Assembly: GCA_030141605.1 (NCBI GenBank)
Contig: JAQGDQ010000972.1
Span: forward strand, 10,412 to 74,411
Source of the DNA: Tubiluchus corallicola
Taxonomy: Eukaryota > Animalia > Priapulida
Reading direction: 5' to 3'
DNA length: 64,000 nucleotides
Below are positions 8,734-19,500 of the stretch, in pieces. A model generated the notes under the pieces. That model worked only from the letters and a program-made list of their open reading frames with translations. It searched no databases and was not told the DNA's origin. The position numbers were made by a program, and so were the translations under genes. Position 1 is the stretch's first letter; the number at the start of each line of letters is the position of its first letter.

Positions 8734-11700
8734 AAGCGGGTGGCAGGAGAAGGAGACAGCCAGCCACTCGCACTAGACGAGCAGTCTCCATAGGAGCACC
8801 CACATCGCATTACACCATTAATTATTCTGCGTCGGTTCGTAACAAAAACGCTTATAAGCAGCCTGCGCTTGGTTTGTATGTGCGCGGCTCAATAAACGGT
8901 CGCGTTTGTCGCATTTTAGTTGACACTGGTGCGAGTCAGACAACAGTAAGAAAAGAATTTCTTTCCTTACCAACTGAAGAAATTTTATTAGAAAATCGCA
9001 AAGCTTTAAGCGCAAACGGATCTGAGCTTGAGTTATGTGGCCCAGTTAATGTTTCTTTGCAACTTGGCAATGAACCGGAAATGTGGTCTGGCGCAGTACC
9101 GGTTTGGCTTTCGAATGACCTTGTAGGTGATGATTGTGTGCTTGGCCTGGATTGGCTTCGTGCTAATCATGTTAGCGTAAACACCGCTAAAAATTTATTG
9201 ATTTTCCCAGACGGTCGGTTTGTTAAAATTTTTCCCTCGGCGGACGGTACTACTGATATTTTAAATGTAAACCGAATAATTTTGCCTCCATTCTCAGAAA
9301 CTGTACTAGAAGGTAGACCAGCTGTGCCGTTGCCACTTGCCACAGGCATGATTACCCGTGTAAATCATGACTTTTTCTGTCGGGAAGGTGTTTTAACTGG
9401 CCGTGTAACTGCACCCCCTGGTGCAAATACTGTTAAAACATTGCTTGCAAATTTGTCACCTAAACCTGTGACTATATCAGTTAATGAAGTGATTGGTCGG
9501 TGGGAAGTTGTGCAAGAACTTCCTGAACCACTCGAACCTAAACCCGTTCAAAAACGCAATGGTTTTCGTGCTATTAGAAAATTAAACAAAAGCACCCATC
9601 TATCTGAACCTGTTCGAAATTTGCTCGAGAAAAGTAAAGAGCATCTATCTAGTAAACAGCTTAAGCGTTTACACGCATTTCTCTTGAAAAACAACCAGCT
9701 ATTTTCTTCTGGACCAGCAGATATCGGCCGGACCAACGTGGTCCAGCACACCATCAACACTGGCAATCATGCGCCAATTAAAGTGCAACCGCGGCGACTC
9801 GGTGAAACGCAGCGCAAGCAGCTTGATGCAGCTATGGAAGAGATGGAAGCACAAGGTGTGATCGAGCCTTCGTGTAGCCCGTGGTCATCTGCAGTGGTTT
9901 TAGTCCGAAAGAAAAATGGGGGCACTAGATGCTGCATTGATTATAGAGCCCTAAATGCAATTACCATCAAGGACAGTTATCCTTTACCCCGTATAGACGA
10001 CTCGATAGATGCACTATCAGGCTCTGAATGGTTCTCCACCCTTGATCTGAAATCTGGGTATCACCAGGTCGAAATGCACCCTAACGACAAGGAGAAGACG
10101 GCTTTCATTACACATAGAGGCCTCTGGCAATTCAAGACTATGCCTTTTGGCCTGACGAATGCGCCAGCGACTTTCGAACGCCTTATGGAGCAGGTCCTGA
10201 CTGGCCTTCATTGGCGTACCCTACTAATCTACCTCGATGACGTGATAGTTTATGGCCACACCTTTGACGAACACTTGGAGCGTCTACAAGAGGTCTTCAC
10301 TCGCTTCCAAGCAGCCGGACTTAAACTTAACGCCGAGAAATGTCTACTTACACAAAAGCAGGTAACCTACCTTGGACACATTGTCAGTTCCCAAGGAGTA
10401 CACACCGATCCTGCAAAAACTGATGCAGTAGCGAAATGGCCTATACCAACAAACTTGACTGAGCTACGTAGTTTTCTTGGCCTTTGTACATACTACAGGC
10501 GCTTCATCAAAGACTTTGCAAAAATAGCAGCTCCACTGCACGAACTAACTCGTAAACATCAACCTTTCATGTGGCAACAAGACCAGCAGCAGTCTTTTGA
10601 GAGACTTAAAGCCTTGCTTACTTCCTCCCCTGTACTAGCGTATCCTCAGTTCGATAGAGATTTCATACTTGACACCGATGCTAGTAATGTCGCCATCGGT
10701 GCTGTACTCTCTCAAGTCCAAAATGGACACGAACGTGTAATTGCCTATTACAGTCAAATACTTAGCCCCGCAGAACGCAATTACTGTGCCACTAGACGTG
10801 AACTCCTGGCCGTGATAAAACCGGTGGCCAACTTCCATCACTATCTTTACGGAAAACCCTTTTCTATACGTACCGACCATGCGGCACTTCGCTGGTTTCG
10901 CACGCTTAAGCGCCCGGAAGGACAATTAGCTCGATGGCTTGCGAAATTGGACCAATATCAGTACAAGATAGAGCATAGGCCCGGTAAAAGTCACGCGAAT
11001 GCAGACGCGCTGTCTAGACGGCCATGCGAACACGAATGCTCTCATTGCAACAAACGTGAAATAAAATTTGAAACTCTGAGAACAGCTAACAATTCAGAAG
11101 CTGAAAATAGCAAAAATGTCTTACACCCCGCCTTAGGAAGTAAAATTGACAGTGAAATTAATCAGGCATCAAAATGTGTGAAACCAGAAATCACTGAACC
11201 GGCAAAATTTGTCAAAGTCGGTACAACTTTGCGTGATACTGAATTAGATTTTAAAGAAGGTCAATTAAATGATAAAGATCTAGCACCAGTCATAGCGTTT
11301 CTTGAAACGTCAAGCGAAAAACCAACATGGGAACAGCGATCACCCCTTAGTAGAGACGCTAAAGCGGTTTTAGCGCATTGGGACACACTGCGTTTAAGAG
11401 ATGGCATTTTGCAGCGGAAATGGGAAAGCCCTGAAGGGAGTCTTACTCGCTGGCAATGGTTAGTCCCTCGCGCTTTTCGCGAAAAAGTTTTAACGGAAAT
11501 GCATTCATCTCCAACTGCAGGCCATTTTGGACAAAACAAAACTCTCGATTTACTGCGGCAGCGCTTCTTTTGGCCGGGAATGCGACAAGATGTTGAAATA
11601 TGGACGCGAACTTGCGAAATTTGTTGCAAGAAAAAGGGGCCGCAGCGAAAACCTCGTGCACCTTTACAACTATACCGTGTGGGCGCGCCTATGGAACGAA

Positions 11701-12571
11701 TCGCCATTGACGTGGCAGGTCCTTTCCCGTTGTCTAATTCTAACAACAAATACATATTAGTTGCAATGGATTATTTCACAAAATGGCCAGAATGCTATCC
11801 CTTAACCGAACCAAGAAGCTAAGACTATAGCTACAGTATTGGTAAACGATTTCTTTTGCCGATTTGGGTTACCAAACGAAATTCATTCAGACCAAGGCCG
11901 AAATTTTGAAAGTAAGATCTTTCAGCAATGCTGTAATCTTACGGGTATTGAGAAAACTCGAACGACTGCGCTTAACCCAAAAAGCGATGGAATGTGCGAG
12001 CGCTTTATAAGGACCATTTCCCGACAGCTTGCGCAATTCAGTAGTGCCCACCAGCGTGATTGGGATCAAAAATTCCTTTGTTTTTGCTTTCATACAGATC
12101 GGCTGTACATGATTCAACTGGATTCACCCCTGCTCAAGCCATGTTTGGTAGAGAATTAAGGCTGCCTCTTGATCTATTAACAGGACGCCCACCTTCAAAC
12201 ATTGATTCAAGTACTGTCGTCCAGTATGTTAAAAATCTTGAGAATCGTCTACATGACGTTCACCATTTCATCAGAGAAAACCTCCGCATTTCTCATGAAA
12301 CAATGCGTAGACGCTATAATGTCCGTTCTCGTTATGTTCAATTTTCTGTTGGGGAAAAAGTTTGGTTTTTTAACCCTCAGCGTAAAATTGGTCGCAGTCC
12401 AAAGCTTCAGTCTGATTGGCAGGGACTTATGAAATCATAACACGACTCTCAGATGTTGTTTATCGTATACGTTTGCCGGGACCAAGACAAAGATGCAAAA
12501 TTGTTCACGCAGATCGTCTGTGGCGTTATACGCCAGCCGCCGGATTCTCCTGGAACGCCTTCACTCAATGA
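8730..12571 (+). CDS. pol: Pol: aspartic protease, RT, RNase H, integrase (split by 1-nt indels at ~11804, ~12070, ~12426)
   Basis: Protease LVDTGAS, RT YLDD, RNase H DTDAS...ELLAV...TDH, integrase HHCC (H..AGH...CEIC), DDE (IAID, HSDQGRNFES, GMCER) and a reconstructed GPY motif. The frame is open from 8697 and is -1 relative to gag. Confidence 0.95.
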
Positions 12572-13265
12572 ATTATCTGACAGCCAAGCTACAGTAACTT
12601 ATAGCCTTGATCTCGAAGTTAGTGCCGATAAATCCAATGCCGATCCATCGGGTATCGATAAATCTAAAACTGAACAGAACATTGAACTCGAGCCACAGCT
12701 GACAGCAGTTGATCGTTCTGTATCTCTCGATTCCTTCGGATTGCCGCCACCTCCATATTCACCATGCAGAATAGCTGATTATAATGATGAGCACAATGAA
12801 AATGCATCGAGTTTTCCAGCCCAAATTCCAGAACTACTTAATTCCTCCATGCCAGCCTTAACTCCTATTCGTGATCCACTTTCCCTTCCCCATGACAATT
12901 CATCCAACGGTGATGTACGGCTTTCATTGTCCACCTTCTCTCCGCCTATACCAAAACCACGAACATCCACTCCCAAAAGAGTTGATTTTCCCGGCTCAAT
13001 CACTCTTAATTTGCTTGAAACAGCCGACTCTGCTGAATTTATTCCCGACGAATCAACTCGACAACTCATCAACGAATGGCTTCCTGGTAGCTCCAGTTCA
13101 GCAATTGCTGAGGACTCCTCTGAAACGGCCGGCGATAGTGTACGCACGCCTCTTTCGGGCGAGCAGTCTACCCAGGTGAACCATTCTAGGAGCAATGTTG
13201 AGTGTAATCTTGAGATAAACAATGGAAAATTCAATGCACATCGAATACGCAATTCCGAGACTTGA
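12531..13265 (+). CDS. Ser/Pro/acidic ORF, probable C-terminal extension of integrase
   Basis: Part of the 270-codon ORF 12453-13265. It joins IN ...HADRLWRY if one base is removed at about 12530. Confidence 0.55.
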   Translation, partial: RQPPDSPGTPSLNELSDSQATVTYSLDLEVSADKSNADPSGIDKSKTEQNIELEPQLTAVDRSVSLDSFGLPPPPYSPCRIADYNDEHNENASSFPAQIPELLNSSMPALTPIRDPLSLPHDNSSNGDVRLSLSTFSPPIPKPRTSTPKRVDFPGSITLNLLETADSAEFIPDESTRQLINEWLPGSSSSAIAEDSSETAGDSVRTPLSGEQSTQVNHSRSNVECNLEINNGKFNAHRIRNSET

Positions 13266-15046
13266 GAAATGAAATGCTAGAAGAGTTTTCTCATCTTAAC
13301 CCTCACTTTACAAGCAAGAAAATGCTCGAGTTTTGATGCATTCATAGAATTACTTACGCGAAACATTTTCGTAATTCCAGCAACTATTCTATGTGACACA
13401 TCCAAATTAGCACTTAAGAATGGAGTTGCATCTACTTGCACTTGTCAAATACGAAAATACGTGACTAGATGCTTGTTTAACTGAATTATAAAACTTACTT
13501 AATGAGCATGTTTAAAAATGTTAAATTTTTTATTTTTTTCGCAGCTGAGGAACCAAGAATTGAACACATTTCGTTGGCTGTATATTGATTACCTCATGTC
13601 ATTATTATTGTTGTCGTATTTTGTGAAAAATGGAATTTTCACTCTTCTTTAAGGAGAGGAGGAGAGGCGAATATATTAGTTTTTGTTCTATGTTTTTAAG
13701 TGGCCGTATTGGAAATCAACTGTGTATTCTTTAATTAAATTTTGAATTTTTTTGTTGAATGGCATTTAAAAAAAAATAATTGTTCTGTAAATATCTATTG
13801 CAAATTGTCATTTGTTCTAGCATTAATCTCGAGAGATAAATGGCAGAACAAACATTTTATTTTTGCTAAACAATTACTGTTTGTTTAGACTGTTTCATCT
13901 AAGATGTACGAGTAGATAGTCGTGATCGAAATTCTCAATTTCGTTGTCTTAAGTCAACCGATTCCAGTTGATGACTAGTTCTAATTAGTCTTTTTCGATA
14001 ATTGACGTTTTGTTGTTGTTGCTTTCGTTCTTCGAGGTCCTATTTCTAGCTTCGCGACAAAGCCTTGTCCGTTGGCTACCATGTGAACAGAGCGACTTTG
14101 ACCACTGACCAGCCCTCGGTTGCGTAAGTTAATCGAACACGGTAAGGCGTTAAAATTTCTTTTTAGAAGTTAAGTTGTCAGCATTGTTGTTGCTTATTAA
14201 AGATGTTGATTTATTTAAAGATAAAGTGGCATATAACTTTTTGTTTTTGTTTCCCGCTATGAATATAGTTGGTGTAAGCAGATTTACTACCTTTTTTCTG
14301 TTCTACAGCACAGCTATTTTGGAAATTTATGGAGAATCGACGTTTTTCGCCATAGGAGCCAATACTAAAGCTTAATAAATCTTATGCTGGGTCTGCAGTG
14401 AAAATTCACTTGAACTAACTGTATGCATGACATGAGTACAAGCATTCATCTTTTCCAGGCAAGCTCTACCAACCCAGGTGTTACACCCGTGGTATCGGAT
14501 GCGTTGTTGCTTGACTAAGGGCTAGTCCACACCTCACACCTTACTTGCATTTGCTTATTGAGACATGATAATTGGTACTGGTGAATCATTAAGAATTGCA
14601 GATCGTGCGGATTATTTACGCTACGTTACGTTTATTTACGGATAGTGGATGATATCTGATTACATTTATTTCGTTCATTTTTGCATTCTTACGTAGACAT
14701 ACTTAGGCATATTTAGTTGGAAGTTTTTTTAAGTCGACTCGCCGTTATATAAAAATTGTTGTTACTAGAAATGTAATGTTTAACTTCAACTTATTCATAC
14801 AAAAAATCTGACATTGTTTTCATCTTTTAATTTGTAATTCGGTAGGCGTTATGCACTAGCTCATGTTGTTTTGTAGAATTGCCAGTCTTTGCAAAATATT
14901 TCTGTGATTCTATTTGATTAATGGAAGGAAACACTTTTTGTATTGTTGATTAGCAGTGCTCAAACTTGCTTTCTGGTCTGTGTGGGTGGCTGCTCTTCTC
15001 CCTCCCGATGGAAGACTAGATCTTCAAAGAAGGGACTTCTTTGTCT

Positions 15047-15059
15047 GGAGGAAGGGGGA
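15047..15059 (+). promoter_or_regulatory. Polypurine tract
   Basis: GGAGGAAGGGGGA, 3 nt before the 3' LTR. Confidence 0.9.
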
Positions 15060-15062
15060 CAG

Positions 15063-15466
15063 TGTACTGCAGGGCTGTGATGAGGTACTGTAATACTGGC
15101 AGGAGAATGCAGCAGACTTCTCAGGTGTGCGTGTGAACGTGGCTTTAACTAGCACATAGACGCTTATTCTGACCTTGTGTTAGTGGGAGCCACTAGTCAC
15201 GTGCACACCTGAGCTTATAAAAAGGGTAGGTCTGCTGTAGATCCTTGTCAGTGGTCAGTGGGCGTCTCATCTCATCTCAGCTCTGTTCGCACTTCATCAG
15301 GCTTTCTGTTGCTCCATTCTGTAAGCTATCTGGAACATTTATTTTGTTTGGGTAATAAATCGTCATTTTTATTTTATTCATTTTGGTTTTTGTCTTTGAG
15401 TCATGCCGCACAGTGTAGGCCGCGGTGCCATCCGTTCTGCCTCCACTAAAAGTGGAGAGCAGTCCA
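15063..15466 (+). repeat. 3' LTR (404 bp)
   Basis: Differs from the 5' LTR by 3 substitutions, one 1-bp indel and one 35-bp indel (15412-15446). Confidence 0.97.
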
Positions 15467-15796
15467 ATATGAACTTAAGTGCATGTATATATATTTGTGT
15501 TTGTTTATATTTATATTACTTTATTTTATCTGCACTTCTGCCTGGACATACACTTGCATGGTGAGGATTCATGTATCAGATTTTAAAAACTGTCTAATCT
15601 GAGCCAAAAAACGATGTTTAAATTAAGATCTGACTTTATGATAAGATTAGCTATTGATACTGTACTGCATTTTTTACCTATTGTATGGCCAATTTATATA
15701 TTCAGTTTATAAAAAATGTAAGCGTACGTCAATAAAAGTAAACCTGTTTTCATTCTGACAGCAAAAAATGTTTAAAATGATAAAATGTCGGCAGAA

Positions 15797-15913
15797 TTTA
15801 CAATTCTTCATCGTCAAGCAGATTAGGGTTAGGTTTGGAGTGGGATTGGTTTAGGGTTAGGGTTAGGTTTAGTGTAAGGAATAAGGTTAGGTTTAGTGTA
15901 TTTAAATTGTAAA
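15797..15913. mobile_element. Second TTAGGG-containing element
   Basis: Inverted ends TTTACAATT...AATTGTAAA, a degenerate TTAGGG core, and the motif gtatttaaattgt shared with 3055-3194. Confidence 0.55.
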
Positions 15914-16146
15914 CAGGTAACATTTATTTCGCTACCTGAGTTAATGGCAGAATTCTAGAATGCTAGCTTAAAAACGATTAAGTAGCGAAATAAATACCAA
16001 CTGTGCAACGGTTCGGCCACATTCGTCAATCATATTTGTCTCTTGGTGTCATCCTTCTCTGCTAACTTCACACATTCAGGATACTAAACACACTAACTTA
16101 CTAATCACACTTGTACCGTAATGTAAATAACATTATGCTTTTAGTT

Positions 16147-16600
16147 ATTTCAAGTAAAAAATATATTTCTATTCTGTTCTGTTCTGTTCTGTTCTGTTCT
16201 GTTCTGTTCTGTTCTGTTCTGTTCTGTTCTGTTCTGTTCTATTCTATTCTATTCTATTCTATTCTGTTCTGTTCTGTTCTGTTCTGTTCTGTTCTGTTCT
16301 GTTCTGTTCTGTTCTGTTCTGTTCTGTTCTGTTCTGTTCTGTTCTGTTCTATTCTATTCTATTCTATTCTATTCTATTCTATTCTATTCTATTCTATTCT
16401 ATTCTATTCTATTCTATTCTATTCTATTCTATTCTATTCTATTCTATTCTATTCTATTCTATTCTTCTATTCTATTCTATTCTATTCTATTCTATTCTAT
16501 TCTATTCTATTCTATTCTATTCTATTCTATTCTATTCTATTCTATTCTATTCTATTCTATTCTATTCTATTCTATTCTATTCTATTCTATTCTGTTCTGT
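16147..16600. repeat. Compound pentanucleotide microsatellite (TTCTG)n/(TTCTA)n
   Basis: Seen directly as alternating blocks of the two variants. Confidence 0.98.
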
Positions 16601-16754
16601 TTATATGAAACGTTTTCATCCAATCTATTATATCTGCAAACCATTTCCTTCGCTGTCTTCCTCGTCTACATTTTCCTGCGCTAATAACATCCAGAATCTT
16701 ACCATTTAAAGACCATCCTTCTAGAGTTTAGGCATTTATTACCCGTTAATTTGG

Positions 16755-17363
16755 TCACGGTAATATTGTTGCGAGGAAATTTTGGTATCGGGAAAACCCA
16801 GGGAATTGTGGTACTGGTAAATACAGTACTGGCCAAGTTTTATCAAGTATTTTTGGTACAAATTAACCTGATACAAGGTAAAAATGGTGCGGAACAGGTT
16901 TGGTACTAGGAACGTTTAGTACAAGAAAGTTTGATATTAGTAAAATTCGATGCAGAAAAAGTTTCTTATATTGGTCTTTTGTTACTGTTGTTGTTGCTGT
17001 TATTTTGTAATGAGATATAGAAATGCTCTCTTTTTTGTTTAGTACCAAATATTCTAGTACCAAACTTTCCAAGTTCGAAGTTTTCCCTGGTACCGTATTT
17101 TCTTAGTACCAAAATTTCTTGTACCGAACTTTCTTAGTGCTAAACATCGTTGGCCCTATATTTTCCCTCTACTAAACATTTTCTAAAATGGATTTTTTTA
17201 GTGCCAAAAATTTTCTGTACCTAAAGATCATAGTACCAAATTTACTTGTACCAAAATTTCCATGTACTAAAAATTCTTTGTAACAAAACTTCCTGTACTA
17301 AACTTCCCTATTACCAGTATTACTTGCCTACCAAACTTACTTTCCTACATTTAGACACCGTGA
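16755..17363. mobile_element. Foldback-like element whose inverted arms are built of ~15-16-bp subrepeats
   Basis: The left arm repeats tttggtac-type units and the right arm repeats gtaccaaa-type units. Ends are TCACGGT...ACCGTGA. Confidence 0.6.
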
Positions 17364-18712
17364 TTACCTACACACTGGTTTACTTTCACTTCACGGATAA
17401 CGACAAACATTCTAATAAAAAGCTGCAAAATATCAAATCGTAGACGTAAATTTTGCTGATTAATAAAAACACGGTCGGTTCAAATGATCAAATTGCCGCT
17501 TTGATCTACGGCTTAGTATAGCAGATTTAGTGAGTCAAAATTGTTCGAAGTGAAACATCCTCTGTAAAATCTTGCAAAACGCAGCTTTACATTAAGCTGA
17601 TTACATGTGGAGACTAAGTTACCTAAAAGTAAACAGTGCATGCTTTACAAACCCATCACACCAGCTTCACAGTATTGACAGGGTTTGAATAAATTATAAC
17701 ATCCAAGCGTGGGATTTAATGCCACAGCAACCAGCAAAGTGATATGAATATGGTTGTTGGAGGAGGTATATCTGTCCCCAATTTTCCCTTCTACCCCACT
17801 AAACATTTCTTGCTTCCCACGTGCTTCCTACGGATTTTCTGAATCCAAATGTAGTATTACCATGAAGCCCTTGGTAGAGTAAACATAATTGTGGTTCATT
17901 GCCATGCTGAAACTGTTTTACATCGAAGTCGCGTTGGCGAGAATAAGGCATAAGACTAAAAACAAAAGAAATAGTCTCATATGTTTCGCAGACACAGACA
18001 CAGAGAGTTAACTCTCAAAAATATTTGATATTTGATTTTTTATATCTCAAAATATCTTGGTAAGGACGTCGGCTTTTTGGCCATAATCATTTGTCAAAGT
18101 CTGCAAAACCATTTTGCTTTTTATAGTAAGTATTATTCTTAAGCCACTGAAAGTCGAGAGTTTAAAACTTTTTGGAAAAAATCCTTACACTGACACATAA
18201 ATTTATCGTTTTACTAGAAGAAATTGATTATAAAATAACAAAATTAGCTTCAAAGTTTGTCACATAAAGTTTTGTCAAACGAATTCAAAATTACATTTTC
18301 ATACCAAATAAAAAATTTTATGAAAATATTTCGCAAATTGCATGTCTTTTTGCGCTTCAGCATTTTCTGTACTTACATCGAACAAAATACCCTCTGAACT
18401 TGCGAGATTTTAATCTATGGCATCAAATAAATGCTATCTTTTCCCACTGCTTTAGCTTGCTTTATATTTTCTTAAATTACCCTCTCCTCTCCTCGCCTCA
18501 CTTTGCCTCATTTCACCTCTCCTCACTTCACCTTAACATTGATCCTCTCTTCCTGTTGACCATAAATTTATATTTTTCACATCCATCATTTTTATAAACC
18601 CTTATTCCTAGAAAAACACCAATATCCATGTATAAACTATTTCTAATATAAAATGTAAGGCGTGATGGTCAGAATAAACTAAGCAGAGAAAGAGAAAAAG
18701 AGAAGTTGAAAG

Positions 18713-18856
<144 letters not shown>

Positions 18857-19191
18857 ATAGTTTCTTAAATGAATGAAATAAATGAACAAACACGATTAAA
18901 GCACTGAGTTGCGAGCTCTTCTTACAGTGATTGAAAGTTGAAAACTTGTCGTTATTGCGCTATAAAACACTTAAAACTGTTTCCTTTCCTGCGAGAATTC
19001 AATTAAGTCTTTTTCGCGCGCCGTAAAATGCTTGTATTCGAAAGCAAGGAAATATTTACTGGAGTAGAATATGCACCTTTTAATTTGTCCACTTAATGTG
19101 ATCAAAATTCAGTATAACATATCTTGTAACAATTTAGTGTTAATGCAGTTTTGGGATTTCGTGCAAACAGCAATATAGATTAACTTGGTCT

Positions 19192-19500
19192 CTAAAGGGA
19201 AATGATGATTTTTCGTATTGTACGCTATTTTGAAGTACTGCAAAAGTACACATTTTAACACCAATTATGCTACAAAAGCATTTCTAATGAATAAATAAGA
19301 GTTTAAAAACTTAATTAATGGCGGGCGAGCCCAACTATTGGTCACAGAACTGAACATAATGTTCAATAGCAAAAATGTTCCAGAAGCATGTCGCACATGT
19401 TTGCAAGAGTGAAAATTGAAGTACTGTGCTACTGTAAGGTATTCAGTGTGTTCTACTAAAGCTAGGTAAGTTTTGAGATAAAATTCAAATTCAAATATCA
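19192..19500 (+). repeat. Old dispersed repeat, probably a DNA-transposon remnant, copy 1
   Basis: Collinear similarity to 55561-55868 (gatgatttttc, ttaattaa.ggcgg..gagc.caactat, attcagt.tgtt.tactaaa.cta, aaaattcaaattcaa). Confidence 0.7.

Larger units (their letters stand above)
6458..15466 (+). mobile_element. Full-length Ty3/Gypsy LTR retrotransposon (~9.0 kb)
   Basis: Near-identical LTRs with TG...CA ends, ATAT TSD (6454-6457 and 15467-15470), PBS, PPT, gag with a CCHC knuckle, and pol domain order PR-RT-RH-IN. Confidence 0.98.

Noticed and set aside
14175-14375. env gene in the Gypsy 3' region
   Set aside because: Only 66 codons with a non-ATG start, and no furin site or envelope architecture.
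16111-16608. 165-aa ORF (FCSVL/FYSIL repeats), plus similar ORFs at 18608-18893, 29054-29242, 38164-38470, 44834-45168 and 59465-59842
   Set aside because: These are translations of microsatellites.
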